Notes: a model not told the origin generated them from the sequence alone. Positions 49,689 to 61,087 are shown, counted from the stretch's first letter. The stretch is 64,000 bases of DNA from an uncultured Bacilli bacterium (GCA_944331935.1 CALVIV010000001.1:9968-73967); one strand, 5' to 3'. A program made the numbers and translations.

Positions 49689-51137
49689 CTAAATTACTAG
49701 TAATAATACTGTAAATACTATAAATGCTAATACAAGTAAAGCTACTAATAATTTCCAAATATACTTAAACCAATCTTTATAAGAAGTATTAGTATAAGCA
49801 AGAGTTAACATAAGTGGAATACTAGTAGGTGCTACTAGCGTAACAATACCATATAAGCTCTGGAATATTACAGCAATAAGTTGATAATTATTAGTATCAG
49901 TAACAACACTTACAAAGTATGGTAACACACTATAGAATGCATAAAGTGGATCACCATTAAAGATACTAGAAATAACTACAACTAAACCAGTAGTAAAGAT
50001 ATTAAATCCTTTAGTTAATCCTAAAATAAATTTATAGATAACTAATTGATATGGATCATAAGTAGTAAGAACTAAACATGTATAGATTAGTAATGCGATT
50101 AAAGCAGGTACTAATGCTTTTTTAACACCTTTACCAAATCCATCAAATACATCATCCCATTTAATTTTATAAACAAATTTAAGGATAATGATAGCAAGTA
50201 ACATTAGAGTTACTAACTCTACTAAAGTCCAATATCCAAAAGCACTGATTGCCCCTAAAATCTTACCAAAGATAGGGAAACCAAATAATTCAAACTCTGT
50301 AATAGCAGTAGTTACATCATCAAATAAAGTTATACCGAAAGCACTATTCCAAGGAATAAAACCTAAAATTGTAACTATTAGCATTAAATCTAAGATTAAA
50401 ACTAATGGCCATACTCTAACTTTATGTTTTTTACCTTTATCTTTGTCTTTAGCTTTCTCAGCCTTAACTTCCTCTGGGATAAATTCTTCTTTATCATCGC
50501 ACTTTTTAGTACTAGCTTTCTTACCAAATTTTAATGTAAATAAAGCTAGCATTACTACACCTAATACTAAAAGAACAATTTTAGCCCAAATCAAATCTGT
50601 AAGTTCTACTGATAAGTATTGTTGTAATACTTGAGTTGTATTATAAGAAAATGTTGTTCCCATTAAACCTACAGCAACACTACCTGCAGTAACAGCAGTA
50701 GCAGCTACTTTATTGTATCCCATCATAAGTACTAAAGAAATAACAAATGGGAATAACATTAACAATGCTAATTGTAGTCCTGCAAATGAAGTTAAAAATG
50801 CAAATAAAGCCATAATAACAACAAGGCATATTACTTCTTTACCTTTAAACTTCTTAACTAGACTATCTAGCATTCTTCTATATGCTCCAGTTTTATATAA
50901 AACACCATAGAAACCACCAACAACTAATACAAATAGAGCAACATAACCAAAGTAACCAAATACAGTTGATTGATATGATAAAATATCGAATAATCCAACT
51001 TGATATCTACCAAGTTCTGTATACTCAGTTTGATAAGTTGCACAAGGTAAAATCCATGTTAATAAAGCAAATAAAAGTAATGTTATAATAACAACTTTAA
51101 GTGTATTATGCTTTTTCATATCTTTCTCTCCTTCCAA
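49689..51137 (-). CDS. Polytopic membrane transporter (YfcC/DcuC-like superfamily).
   Basis: 482 aa, about 11-12 TM helices and a central charged loop KKCDDKEEFIPEEVKAEKAKDKDKGKK. Confidence 0.35.
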   Translation of the reverse strand: MEGEKDMKKHNTLKVVIITLLLFALLTWILPCATYQTEYTELGRYQVGLFDILSYQSTVFGYFGYVALFVLVVGGFYGVLYKTGAYRRMLDSLVKKFKGKEVICLVVIMALFAFLTSFAGLQLALLMLFPFVISLVLMMGYNKVAATAVTAGSVAVGLMGTTFSYNTTQVLQQYLSVELTDLIWAKIVLLVLGVVMLALFTLKFGKKASTKKCDDKEEFIPEEVKAEKAKDKDKGKKHKVRVWPLVLILDLMLIVTILGFIPWNSAFGITLFDDVTTAITEFELFGFPIFGKILGAISAFGYWTLVELVTLMLLAIIILKFVYKIKWDDVFDGFGKGVKKALVPALIALLIYTCLVLTTYDPYQLVIYKFILGLTKGFNIFTTGLVVVISSIFNGDPLYAFYSVLPYFVSVVTDTNNYQLIAVIFQSLYGIVTLVAPTSIPLMLTLAYTNTSYKDWFKYIWKLLVALLVLAFIVFTVLLLVI

Positions 51138-51208
51138 CTATAATTATACGAAGAATTCCTTTAGTTTACAAGCTTTTGACGACTTTTTTTGTGAAACTTT
51201 TGTGAATT

Positions 51209-51889
51209 TTATAATTTATCAAAAAAGGCTTTAAATAATCTCTTAGAATATTTATCATCTAAATTAGATTCAGGATGCCACTGTACACCTAATATAAAGT
51301 TTTTATCTTTAAGTTCCACACCCTCTATAAGTCCATCACAACTCCTAGCACAGACCAAAGTATTATCAAATTCTGGGACATGATAACTATGTCTAGAATT
51401 AACCCATATCTCTTTCTCACCTATAATAGAATAAAGTTTACTATTCTTATCGATAATAACTGAATGAACATAAGTCTTATTAAGTTCTAAATGATTGATA
51501 GAGGTATTATTTTCAATAGTATTATCATAACCAATTCTCTCATCCCCACTTAATACTTTACTTAAAGCTTGCATACCTAAACATATAGCAAATAATGGTT
51601 TATCACACTTAATTGCATAATCAATTACTATTTCATCCAACTGATACCAAGTATCTCCTCCGGGTAATATAAACCCATCACAGTTTTTTAGAACCCTCTC
51701 TAAATCTTTAATCTCTTCTTCACTATAAAGATTTTTACAAGACATCTCATATTTATCAACAGGTAATATTAATAAAGGAATACCTCCAAACTTAGCAACA
51801 GCAAGTCTAACTTCTTCTACACAAATAATATTAGATTCGCCACTATATAACCTTCCTACAATACCAATAATAGGTTTAATATTAATCAC
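51209..51889 (-). CDS. Class I glutamine amidotransferase-like gamma-glutamyl hydrolase (peptidase C26 family).
   Basis: Nucleophile elbow AICLGMQAL and a downstream HHS/WHPE triad. Confidence 0.55.
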   Translation of the reverse strand: MINIKPIIGIVGRLYSGESNIICVEEVRLAVAKFGGIPLLILPVDKYEMSCKNLYSEEEIKDLERVLKNCDGFILPGGDTWYQLDEIVIDYAIKCDKPLFAICLGMQALSKVLSGDERIGYDNTIENNTSINHLELNKTYVHSVIIDKNSKLYSIIGEKEIWVNSRHSYHVPEFDNTLVCARSCDGLIEGVELKDKNFILGVQWHPESNLDDKYSKRLFKAFFDKL

Positions 51890-51929
51890 CTCAAAATAAG
51901 ATATGAAAAAAGATAAGAATATTTAACTC

Positions 51930-52700
51930 TTATCTTAATGTTTTAACTTTATCTTTAAGTATGTTGATATCATAATTAACTCGTTCTTCATCAGATAAAA
52001 ATGGTAAAAACACTTCCATACTAGGTAACATTTCTTTATTATCACTAAATATATATTTTGTAATGTCACTAACAACATCTTCAATAGAAGTATTTTCAAA
52101 AAGATAAGAAACTTCTGAAACACTTAAAACTCCATTATATTTAAGCATTTTTTCTAAATCCATATTATAGAAAATACTAAGATAACAAATTAAAGCTTTA
52201 TATAAATCAGTTTTAACACTACTCAAAAGATCATCTCTTAATCTATATCTACAACTATATTCAGTACTTCCAATAAAACTAGAACTATCAAAATCAATTA
52301 AATGCCCACCATCTTTATCAATTAATAAATTATCACATTGGATATCATTAAAACACATACCATAACTATGAAGTTCATTTAATTGTCTAGAAATATCATT
52401 ACATGCTTTGACTTTTTCTTCTATAGAAAAACTACTAGCTTTTGAAAAAGAAACAGCATCTTTAAAATATTTAGTAACAATACCTTTAAACCTATCATTT
52501 ACAAAAAACTCATCAATAGGAATACCACTACCTAAAATATATATATTATTAATCAAATATTCAAGATTATCTTTTGTTACCCTTTTTAAAAAATAATAGT
52601 TTTTAAAAATTAAGTTTCCTTTTTTTCTAAATTCTGCAGTCCTACTATCAAAAAGTTTTTCTAAACCAGAATACTCTTCTTCACTTAAATTCATAACCAA
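51930..52700 (-). CDS. Atypical protein-kinase-like protein.
   Basis: A catalytic-loop-like DIQCDNLLID followed by DFD (DFG-like). No Gly-rich loop was recognised. Confidence 0.35.
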   Translation of the reverse strand: MVMNLSEEEYSGLEKLFDSRTAEFRKKGNLIFKNYYFLKRVTKDNLEYLINNIYILGSGIPIDEFFVNDRFKGIVTKYFKDAVSFSKASSFSIEEKVKACNDISRQLNELHSYGMCFNDIQCDNLLIDKDGGHLIDFDSSSFIGSTEYSCRYRLRDDLLSSVKTDLYKALICYLSIFYNMDLEKMLKYNGVLSVSEVSYLFENTSIEDVVSDITKYIFSDNKEMLPSMEVFLPFLSDEERVNYDINILKDKVKTLR

Positions 52701-52718
52701 TCCCCCAAATTACAATCG

Positions 52719-54212
52719 TTACTTGCAGGTAGGCTTCATTGTAGGGAATAATATAACATCACGAATACTATCTTGTTCTGTAAAGAACATTATAAGTCTA
52801 TCTATTCCATAACCTACACCACCAGCAGGAGGCATACCATATTCTAAGGCTTCAATAAAGTCCATATCTATATCATTCGCTTCAGCATTACCTAAATTCT
52901 TTTCTTTTAATTGTTCTTCAAATCTATCTAACTGATCATCTGGATCATTTAACTCAGTATAAGCATTAGCCATTTCTCTACCTGCAATAAATAATTCAAA
53001 TCTATCCACAAATCTAGGATCATCTTTATTTTTCTTAGTAAGTGGAGAAATCTCTACTGGATGTCCATATAAGAAAGTTGGTTGAATTAAAGTTTCTTCT
53101 ACATACTTTTCAAAGAAAAGATTTATGATATGCCCTACTGTCTTTTCATGTTCTTGAACTTCAATATTATGTTCTTTTGCAAGTTCTAAAGCCTCATCAA
53201 CACTCATTTCTTTTTTAAAGTCAATGCCAGTCTTCTCTTTAATTGCATCAACCATACTAATTCTCTTCCATGGTCCTTTTAAGTTAATATCTTGATTATT
53301 CCAATGATAATCCATCTTACCAATAACATTCTCGGCAATTTTAACAAACATCTTTTCTGTTAAATCCATCATACCCTCTAAATCAGAATAAGCTTCATAA
53401 ACTTCCATAAGAGTAAACTCTGGATTATGTTTAGGATCCATTCCCTCATTTCTAAAGACACGACCTATTTCATAAACCTTTTCCATACCTCCAACTAAAA
53501 GTCTCTTTAAAGGTAATTCTAAGGCAATTCTAAGGTACATATCTAAGTCTTGACTATTATGATGAGTAACAAAAGGACGAGCTGAAGCACCAGTTAAAAG
53601 TGTTGATAAAACAGGTGTTTCAACTTCAACAAAATCTCTATTATCTAAAAAGCTTTGAATAGAACGAATAATCTTAGGTCTTAAAAAAGCAACACGTCTA
53701 GACTCATCATTCATCATTAAATCAACATAACGTCTTCTATATCTTTCTTCAACATCAGTAAGTCCATGAAACTTCTCAGGAAGTGGTCTTAAAGCTTTAA
53801 CTAAAGGTGTATATTCTAAACACTTAATAGTAACTTCTCCTGTTCTTGTCTTCATAACCTTACCATAAACACCAACAATATCCCCAATATCAGCAGACTT
53901 AAATAATGTATAGATATCTTCTCCTACATCATTAATTGATATATATACTTGAATAGAACCACTCTTATCTTTAATAGAGAAAAATGAAGCTTTACCCATC
54001 TTTCTAATAAACATAATTCTACCAGCCACTTTAACAGTATCAGTCATACTATCAAAAGCATCATGATCTACACTTTCATACTTTTCTTTAACATCATTAG
54101 CATAATCACTTCTATCATATCTACTACCAAAAGGATCATAACCTAATTCTCTTAACTTAAGAGCTTTATCTCTTCTAACTAATTCCTGTTCTGTTAATTT
54201 TCGCTCGTGCAT
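52719..54212 (-). CDS. lysS: Lysine--tRNA ligase, class II.
   Basis: 497 aa with class II motifs and an OB anticodon-binding N-terminus. Lies next to dusB as in Bacillus. Confidence 0.9.
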   Translation of the reverse strand: MHERKLTEQELVRRDKALKLRELGYDPFGSRYDRSDYANDVKEKYESVDHDAFDSMTDTVKVAGRIMFIRKMGKASFFSIKDKSGSIQVYISINDVGEDIYTLFKSADIGDIVGVYGKVMKTRTGEVTIKCLEYTPLVKALRPLPEKFHGLTDVEERYRRRYVDLMMNDESRRVAFLRPKIIRSIQSFLDNRDFVEVETPVLSTLLTGASARPFVTHHNSQDLDMYLRIALELPLKRLLVGGMEKVYEIGRVFRNEGMDPKHNPEFTLMEVYEAYSDLEGMMDLTEKMFVKIAENVIGKMDYHWNNQDINLKGPWKRISMVDAIKEKTGIDFKKEMSVDEALELAKEHNIEVQEHEKTVGHIINLFFEKYVEETLIQPTFLYGHPVEISPLTKKNKDDPRFVDRFELFIAGREMANAYTELNDPDDQLDRFEEQLKEKNLGNAEANDIDMDFIEALEYGMPPAGGVGYGIDRLIMFFTEQDSIRDVILFPTMKPTCK

Positions 54213-54904
54213 AAAACATCCTCCTTCACTGTATCTGCAACTACAACTTCAGTCTTAGCAACTTTATCGTGTAATCCTTGTGCATTCTTAGTAAATGCTA
54301 TCATTATTAAACTAATAATAAGTACTAAATATTGAATACTACTAACAAGACTACTAGCACTTAAAAATATATTTTTACTTAAAAACAGTACTAAAATAAC
54401 ATTAATAATATTAACTAAAATACTATTATTAATCATACCTCTAATAAGTAAATCATTCATAGATAGTTCTGTATCATTAGTTTTCTTAATTTTAATTTTC
54501 ATTAACTTCTTACCAAAAGTCTGCCCATTATTATAACATGGATAAACAACATAGTAAAGTAGACTTATAACAATAGTGACAATAGAAACAATAACTGTTT
54601 GTCTAGAAATATCATAACTTAAGTCTACCATCTGATTAACATATTCTTCCATAGAAACGCTACCTTCAACATAACCTTCTAAAACTCTATTTTGTTCTTC
54701 ATAAAGCTTAGTAGCCGTATCATTAACAGGAACAAACATTGTAATAAGAGAAGTTATTATACTAATAAGTACTAAATCTATTAGAAAAGCAAGTACTCTC
54801 TGACTAAACATTGCCTTAATATCAGGACTTTTCTTAACCTTATTTTCTTTATTAATTTTCTCTTCTTCCTCTTTAATTTTATCATAAACATTTTTCTTCT
54901 TCAT
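54194..54904 (-). CDS. RDD-family membrane protein.
   Basis: RVLAFLIDLVLISIITSLI and 3 TM segments. Confidence 0.45.
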   Translation of the reverse strand: MKKKNVYDKIKEEEEKINKENKVKKSPDIKAMFSQRVLAFLIDLVLISIITSLITMFVPVNDTATKLYEEQNRVLEGYVEGSVSMEEYVNQMVDLSYDISRQTVIVSIVTIVISLLYYVVYPCYNNGQTFGKKLMKIKIKKTNDTELSMNDLLIRGMINNSILVNIINVILVLFLSKNIFLSASSLVSSIQYLVLIISLIMIAFTKNAQGLHDKVAKTEVVVADTVKEDVLCTSEN

Positions 54905-55871
54905 AAAGTTCCTCCTTAAACCCTTCTAATACTTGTAGTATATCACATATCTTAGTCATTTTATAAATTTTATTTTTAATATCATTACTTCCTTTAACAC
55001 CCTTTAGATACCATCCTACATGACTTCTTATTTCAAGTACTGCCTGCTTCTCACTTTTTAAGTCACTTAACATCTTTAAATGTTTAATACACATATCTAT
55101 TTTATCATTAGTTGTAGGTAGTGTATAAGGTTTTCCTTCAAGATATAAAACAGTATTTCTAATAAGCCAAGGATTACCTAAAGCAGCTCTACCTATCATA
55201 ACTGCATCACATCCTGTAAAATCTAACATCTCTTTCGCTTTCTCGGGACTAGTAACATCACCATTACCAATTACTGGAATTTTAACACTATTTTTGACAT
55301 CACGAATTATATTCCAATCAGCTTTACCAGAATATCCTTGACTTCTAGTTCTCCCATGGACAGTAATAGCACTAGCACCTGCTTCTTCACAAATTTTAGC
55401 AATTTCTACAGCATTTATATGATTAGCATCCCATCCACTACGTATTTTAACTGTAACAGGACATTTAACAGCATTTACCACTGCCTTAACTATTTCTTTT
55501 ACTTTACTAGGATCTTTAAGCAAGGCACTACCTGCTTGTGCTCTTAAAGCCACTTTAGGAACAGGACACCCCATATTAATATCGATAATATCAGGTCTCA
55601 TTTCTTTCTCTATATATTTAGCAGCCTCTACAAAGCTATCTACATCACTACCAAATATCTGTTGTGCGATAGGACGTTCAACATCTTCCATATAAAGCAT
55701 TTCAATAGTTTTCTTATTATCATAACATATAGCCTTATCACTAACCATCTCTGCATAAATAAGACCACAGCCCATTTCTTTAACTATCTTACGATATGCA
55801 CTATTACAAATACCTGCCATAGGAGCAAGAACAACTCTATTTTCTATTTCAACATTACCTATTTTCCACAT
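54882..55871 (-). CDS. dusB: tRNA-dihydrouridine synthase B.
   Basis: VVLAPMAGICNSAYR. TIM-barrel FMN motifs. Confidence 0.85.
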   Translation of the reverse strand: MWKIGNVEIENRVVLAPMAGICNSAYRKIVKEMGCGLIYAEMVSDKAICYDNKKTIEMLYMEDVERPIAQQIFGSDVDSFVEAAKYIEKEMRPDIIDINMGCPVPKVALRAQAGSALLKDPSKVKEIVKAVVNAVKCPVTVKIRSGWDANHINAVEIAKICEEAGASAITVHGRTRSQGYSGKADWNIIRDVKNSVKIPVIGNGDVTSPEKAKEMLDFTGCDAVMIGRAALGNPWLIRNTVLYLEGKPYTLPTTNDKIDMCIKHLKMLSDLKSEKQAVLEIRSHVGWYLKGVKGSNDIKNKIYKMTKICDILQVLEGFKEELYEEEKCL

Positions 55872-56237
55872 ATAAAATCACCCAACACTTGCAAAATATA
55901 AACTTTTGTGTTACTATGAATATGTAAAAGAAATTTACATAAACTATTAAGGGAACATTCAACCTTTCCTTGTTGAATGCCTACCCAAAAATATTATTAT
56001 AGGAAGACATTTAATTCATTAGATGAATTAAGTGTCATTTTTTTATTACTATTATCAATATGATAACTAGAGATAAAATGATAGAAATATGCTTAAGTAC
56101 TTTTAATACAAAGATGCATCTATTCATATCTATCAAACCTCCTTTCAAGGAGGTAGACACTCAACGATTGAAGTTCCCTTAGACATATTATATACTAAAG
56201 ACAATTTTGATACAAGTGTTTTTCACAAATTAGATAC

Positions 56238-56684
56238 TTATTTTTTTAATAATTTATTTTCTTTTAACAAATCTCTAATCTCTTCAAGTAACACCACTTG
56301 TTCATCCTTTTTCTTCTCTTCTTTTTTATGTTCAATTCCTAACTTCTTATCTGCTCTATCTCTAATATTAGTAACTATCTTAACCATTACAAATATACAA
56401 ATAGCAATGATTAAAAAGTCAACAATACTCTGTATAAAAGAACCATACATAATAGAAGCATCACCAATTTTTATAGATAAGCCACTAAAGTCAAGCCCTC
56501 CTAATACAACCCCAAGTAAAGGCATAAATATATCATCTACTAAACTACTAACTATTTTAGAAAAAGCACCACCAATAATAACACCAATAGCCATATCTAA
56601 AACAGCACCTCTACTAATAAACTTTCTAAATTCTCCTATTTCTTTTTCAACTGCTTTCTTAGCTTTCATAACTACTTCCTCCAT
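56238..56684 (-). CDS. mscL: Large-conductance mechanosensitive channel.
   Basis: FRKFISRGAVLDMAIGVIIGGAF, the MscL signature. Confidence 0.85.
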   Translation of the reverse strand: MEEVVMKAKKAVEKEIGEFRKFISRGAVLDMAIGVIIGGAFSKIVSSLVDDIFMPLLGVVLGGLDFSGLSIKIGDASIMYGSFIQSIVDFLIIAICIFVMVKIVTNIRDRADKKLGIEHKKEEKKKDEQVVLLEEIRDLLKENKLLKK

Positions 56685-56735
56685 CTTTTTCCACAGTTTA
56701 AGTGGATAACTGCCTTTATAATACAGAAAAAAGAA

Positions 56736-58703
56736 CTATTTTTCAAGTTCTTTTATTAGTTCTGCTTTATTCATCTTAGAGTAACCTTTAACTCCTTTTT
56801 CTTTAGCAAGTTCTTTTAACTTAGTTAGACTCATTTTCTCATAGTTAGTTTCCTCTTCTTCTGGAGGCATCTCTCCATGTTCTACTAAGTAATCAATTTG
56901 TTCTTTAGTTAATGTCTCATACTCTAATAATGTCTTAGCAAGTAAATCAAGTAAATCTCTATTTTCTTTAATTATCTTAGTCGCTTCATCATAGCACTTA
57001 TCAATAATCTTTCTCATTTCTTGATCTATTTCATGAGCTACTTCATTAGAGAAGTTTCTACTCTTAGCATAGTCTCTACCTAAGAAAGCACTACCTTCTC
57101 TTTCTTCTAATTGCATAGGTCCTAAATCACTCATACCATATTCAGTAACCATAGCTCTCGCTATCTTAGTAGCTTTCTCAAAGTCATTTTGAGCCCCTGT
57201 TGTAACTTCCCCAAAGACAACTTCTTCACTAACACGTCCTGCAAGTAAACCTGTAATTTCTTCAAGTAAATCAGTTTTAGTTTTGCAAATCTTCTCTTCA
57301 CTAGGAATCATCATATTATATCCACCTGCAGAACCACGTGGAATAATAGTAACCTTTTGAACGTCGTTAGCACCTTTTAACTTAATACCAACAACAGCGT
57401 GACCTGATTCATGATATGCAACTAACTTACGGTCGGCTTCACTTCTTTTAGCACTAGTCTTAGCAGGTCCCATTAGTACTCTATCACTTGCTTCATCTAT
57501 CTCACTCATTGTAATGGCATCTTTATTACGTCTAACAGCAAGTAAAGCAGCCTCATTAAGTAAGTTTTCAAGGTCTGCACCAGAATAACCTGGAGTTCTC
57601 TTAGCAAGAGCAGGAATATTAACAGAAGGTGCTAATACTTTGTTACGAGCATGTACTTTAAGTATTTCTTCACGTCCCTTTACATCAGGTAAATTAACAA
57701 CAACTTGTCTATCAAATCTACCTGGACGAAGTAAAGCTGGGTCTAATACATCAGGTCTATTAGTAGCAGCAATAATAATGATACCTTCATTTTCACCGAA
57801 TCCATCCATCTCAGTAAGTAATTGGTTTAATGTTTGTTCTCTCTCATCATGTCCACCACCAATTCCTGTACCTCTTTGTCTACCAACAGCATCAATCTCA
57901 TCTATAAAGATAAGACAAGGAGCAGTTCTTTTCGCTTGTTGGAACATATCACGAACACGGCTTGCACCAACACCAACAAACAACTCAACAAAGTCAGATC
58001 CACTAATATAATAGAAAGGAACATTCGCTTCTCCTGCTACTGCACGAGCAAGTAATGTTTTACCAGTTCCTGGAGGGCCATATAAAAGTACACCCTTAGG
58101 AATTCTAGCACCTAACTTTTGGAACTTTTTAGGATTCTTTAAAAAGTCTATTAACTCTTTAACTTCTTCTTTCTCTTCATTAAGACCAGCTACGTCTTTA
58201 AAAGTAACTTTATTCTTATCACTAGAAAGCTTTGCTTTACTCTTACCAAAATCAAGAGAATTCTTACCTCCACCCATTTGTTTAGTTAAAAACCAAAAAC
58301 AAATAAAGGCAAGTAAAGCAATAGGTAAAATATTAACTATTACAAGTAAAATAGTACTAGACTCTGGATCAGCTACACTAGTAAACTCAAAGTCATCCGC
58401 TTCACTCGCTTCCACTAACTTTTTCATTACTTGGTCAGATAATGGAACTCTAACAAAGAAACTTTCATTTTCTTTATAATTGTCTAACTTACCAGTAATC
58501 TCATAAATCTGTGCTCTCTCACGAGGTGTTACAGTAATCTCACTTACTTCCTTAGCCTCTAAATCACTCATAAACTCATCATAAGTTAAAACATTAACTT
58601 TTTGATTAGCAACACTAACAAAGTATATAACTCCAAGCATCACTAGAAGTAAAAAGACATAAGGTAGTAAACCTTTTTTAACAACTTTTTTATTTACATT
58701 CAT
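56736..58703 (-). CDS. ftsH: ATP-dependent zinc metalloprotease FtsH with a C-terminal Rho_N/SAP-like tail.
   Basis: AAA motif [13 protein letters not shown], protease motif HESGHAV, and a C-terminal ...[30 protein letters not shown]. Confidence 0.9.
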   Translation of the reverse strand: MNVNKKVVKKGLLPYVFLLLVMLGVIYFVSVANQKVNVLTYDEFMSDLEAKEVSEITVTPRERAQIYEITGKLDNYKENESFFVRVPLSDQVMKKLVEASEADDFEFTSVADPESSTILLVIVNILPIALLAFICFWFLTKQMGGGKNSLDFGKSKAKLSSDKNKVTFKDVAGLNEEKEEVKELIDFLKNPKKFQKLGARIPKGVLLYGPPGTGKTLLARAVAGEANVPFYYISGSDFVELFVGVGASRVRDMFQQAKRTAPCLIFIDEIDAVGRQRGTGIGGGHDEREQTLNQLLTEMDGFGENEGIIIIAATNRPDVLDPALLRPGRFDRQVVVNLPDVKGREEILKVHARNKVLAPSVNIPALAKRTPGYSGADLENLLNEAALLAVRRNKDAITMSEIDEASDRVLMGPAKTSAKRSEADRKLVAYHESGHAVVGIKLKGANDVQKVTIIPRGSAGGYNMMIPSEEKICKTKTDLLEEITGLLAGRVSEEVVFGEVTTGAQNDFEKATKIARAMVTEYGMSDLGPMQLEEREGSAFLGRDYAKSRNFSNEVAHEIDQEMRKIIDKCYDEATKIIKENRDLLDLLAKTLLEYETLTKEQIDYLVEHGEMPPEEEETNYEKMSLTKLKELAKEKGVKGYSKMNKAELIKELEK

Positions 58704-58721
58704 GGAAATCTCTCCTTTTTT

Positions 58722-60038
58722 CTACTCATATCTCAGTATTATATCATAAAATTCACTATTAGTCTTATCAAATTTAGATTTTTTTAATCCTGGAACAAAA
58801 ACTATTCTTTCACGACTATCAACTACTATAGGCCATAAGTCTCTATCAGCAAGAGGAATCTTACTATCTATAAAAATATCTTTTATTTTTTTATGTCCTC
58901 CTCCCTTAATAGCCATAACATCTCCAAGCTTTCTAGTTCTAACAATTAAAGGCAAAGTTACATCTTTACTAGAAAGTTTTATAATGTTATTACTATTACC
59001 TTTAACAGAATCTAATAATTCTAACTTATGTCCATTAGGAAGTATTACTTTCCTACTTACTTCTATTTCATAACTACTAAGTAAATTAGGATTTCTTCTA
59101 ATAGATAAAGTATTATAACTTTTTACTACTTCAACATCATTAGGAAGATTAACCTTAGCATTACTCTTCTTACTATTAATAAGACTTTCTATTAAATCTA
59201 AATGTTTATCATTGATTAAAATTAAATCATCCTGATAAAAACTAGATATAAACCTCTCTAAAATAATTCTCTTTAAGAATTTATTAATCTCTAAATATTT
59301 ATCTATATATAACTTATTATCTTTAATAACTTTACTAATCGCTTTACTAGCTTCCTCTTCAATAAAATCATCCGCTTGGCTTAATACATTACTAAACTTT
59401 AAATATTTCTTATGAATATCTTTATCTTCACTTTTTAAGAAAGGTAAAACTTCCTTACGATATCTATTCCTCGTATAAACATCACTAAAGTTACTTTTAT
59501 CAACAGCATAAGGAACTCTATTCTTATGACAATAATCTAATAACTCACTCTTAGTTAAACCTATAAAAGGACGATAAATGTAGTAACCATCCATTTTTAC
59601 CAACTTTCTAAAGCCACTATATCCTCTTAAAGTAGAACCTCTAGCAATTCTCATAAGGATTGTTTCCATCAAGTCATCACCATGATGAGCAGTTAAAAGG
59701 TATTTAGCATTATATTTCTTAACTATTTCATCAAAGAACTGATATCTAATATTTCTCGCTTCATTATGAAAGTTATCATCACCATATCTATCTATTTTCA
59801 TATATTCAAAGATTACATTATTTTCTTTACAATACTTCTCTAAATCTTCTTTCTCTTTAGCACTCTCACGTCTTTTATCATGATTAACATGAGCACAGAC
59901 TAATCTAATATCATATTTTTTTCTAAGTTCCAATAAACTTTTAAATAAAGCCATAGAATCAGGACCATAACTACAAGCGAAAACTAAGAAGTCACCATCT
60001 TTTACTTTAATATCTTTATATAAACTTTCAATATTCAT
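58722..60038 (-). CDS. tilS: tRNA(Ile)-lysidine synthetase.
   Basis: PP-loop ACSYGPDSMAL. Sits directly upstream of ftsH. Confidence 0.8.
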   Translation of the reverse strand: MNIESLYKDIKVKDGDFLVFACSYGPDSMALFKSLLELRKKYDIRLVCAHVNHDKRRESAKEKEDLEKYCKENNVIFEYMKIDRYGDDNFHNEARNIRYQFFDEIVKKYNAKYLLTAHHGDDLMETILMRIARGSTLRGYSGFRKLVKMDGYYIYRPFIGLTKSELLDYCHKNRVPYAVDKSNFSDVYTRNRYRKEVLPFLKSEDKDIHKKYLKFSNVLSQADDFIEEEASKAISKVIKDNKLYIDKYLEINKFLKRIILERFISSFYQDDLILINDKHLDLIESLINSKKSNAKVNLPNDVEVVKSYNTLSIRRNPNLLSSYEIEVSRKVILPNGHKLELLDSVKGNSNNIIKLSSKDVTLPLIVRTRKLGDVMAIKGGGHKKIKDIFIDSKIPLADRDLWPIVVDSRERIVFVPGLKKSKFDKTNSEFYDIILRYE

Positions 60039-60370
60039 TACTTACTATCACTTTCCTCTTCATCATCTTCAGGTATTTTTAAGATTAACTCTCCATCTTT
60101 AGAGTAATAATACTTTTCTCTAGCATATCTTGCTATATAATCAGAATCCTGTAACTTATTAACATCAGACTCCAACTCTTCTTCTTTATCTTTTAAGGAA
60201 GCAAGTTCTTTTTTTAACTCTCCCTTTTCCTGATATTTACTATATATCATAGTCCAATATCTAAAAATTGTAAACGTAGTAAAAATAATAACAGCAAAAG
60301 AAACACAAAGCAATAGTACTGGACCTAACTTTTTCTTTTTTCTTCTCTTAGCCATTAAATTTTCACCCAC
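60038..60370 (-). CDS. divIC: Septum formation initiator, FtsB/DivIC family.
   Basis: A single TM plus a coiled coil (LKKELASLKDKEEELESDVNKLQ). yabP-yabQ-divIC order. Confidence 0.6.
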   Translation of the reverse strand: MGENLMAKRRKKKKLGPVLLLCVSFAVIIFTTFTIFRYWTMIYSKYQEKGELKKELASLKDKEEELESDVNKLQDSDYIARYAREKYYYSKDGELILKIPEDDEEESDSK

Positions 60371-60422
60371 TTTCCTAAGATATATTATAAAGTCATAAAA
60401 AAACTAGTTCAATATTAACTAG

Positions 60423-60755
60423 TCACTCTTTACACTTTTGGTCATCTTTTTTAGGCTTTTTCTTAACCTCAGGCACTTTCAATAGTTTTCTAAACTTCTT
60501 AGTAATATTAAAGAAGGTAAAAAAGCCCAAGATAATAAATAAATAAAAATATGGATGAATAACAGCATTATTTATCTTTCTCATAACAAGAAAATAAATA
60601 AGTACTAAATCAAAAATAAATAAAATATTAAATATAATCTTAACAACTCTATTTTTATAAAAGAGAATATTATAATTAAAATTATATAAGACTGATAAGA
60701 CTCCCCCATATATAAAAGAAAAGATTAATGATACTACTTGTTCAACTAAACTCAT
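60423..60755 (-). CDS. yabQ: YabQ-like spore cortex membrane protein.
   Basis: A small 3-TM protein between yabP and divIC. Confidence 0.4.
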   Translation of the reverse strand: MSLVEQVVSLIFSFIYGGVLSVLYNFNYNILFYKNRVVKIIFNILFIFDLVLIYFLVMRKINNAVIHPYFYLFIILGFFTFFNITKKFRKLLKVPEVKKKPKKDDQKCKE

Positions 60756-61087
60756 TATCTAAACAGTCTATTAAAGACACTAGAGCCTTCTTTATCTTTC
60801 TTACCACTATTATCATCCATATAAGAGAATCCCTTTATCAAACCTTTAATAGAAACATTACCTGCTAAAGTATCTAACTTAACAAGTTCCAAATCTTCCC
60901 CTTTAACAGCCAAATAGCCCATAACTGTCTCTAACAAAAACTCTTCATTATCAAAGTTTTCTATTTTCTTAACTCCTGTAATAAGTAAATTCTTTCTTTC
61001 TGTAATAGTAATACTATGATTATAATTATTAATAATTGCTTCCTTGCTTTCCATATCATCACCTACTAAATGATATGCAACAAACAA
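60755..61087 (-). CDS. yabP: Sporulation protein YabP.
   Basis: ITITERKNLLITGVKKIENFDNEEF...LELVKLDTLAGNVSIKG follows the YabP pattern. Confidence 0.6.
   Translation of the reverse strand: MFVAYHLVGDDMESKEAIINNYNHSITITERKNLLITGVKKIENFDNEEFLLETVMGYLAVKGEDLELVKLDTLAGNVSIKGLIKGFSYMDDNSGKKDKEGSSVFNRLFR

Noticed and set aside
55872-56237. Searched for a T-box leader or riboswitch upstream of dusB-lysS.
   Set aside because: No T-box consensus (AATTAGGGTGGNACCGCG) or other recognisable riboswitch core was seen on either strand. Only generic hairpins are reported, as a low-interest finding.
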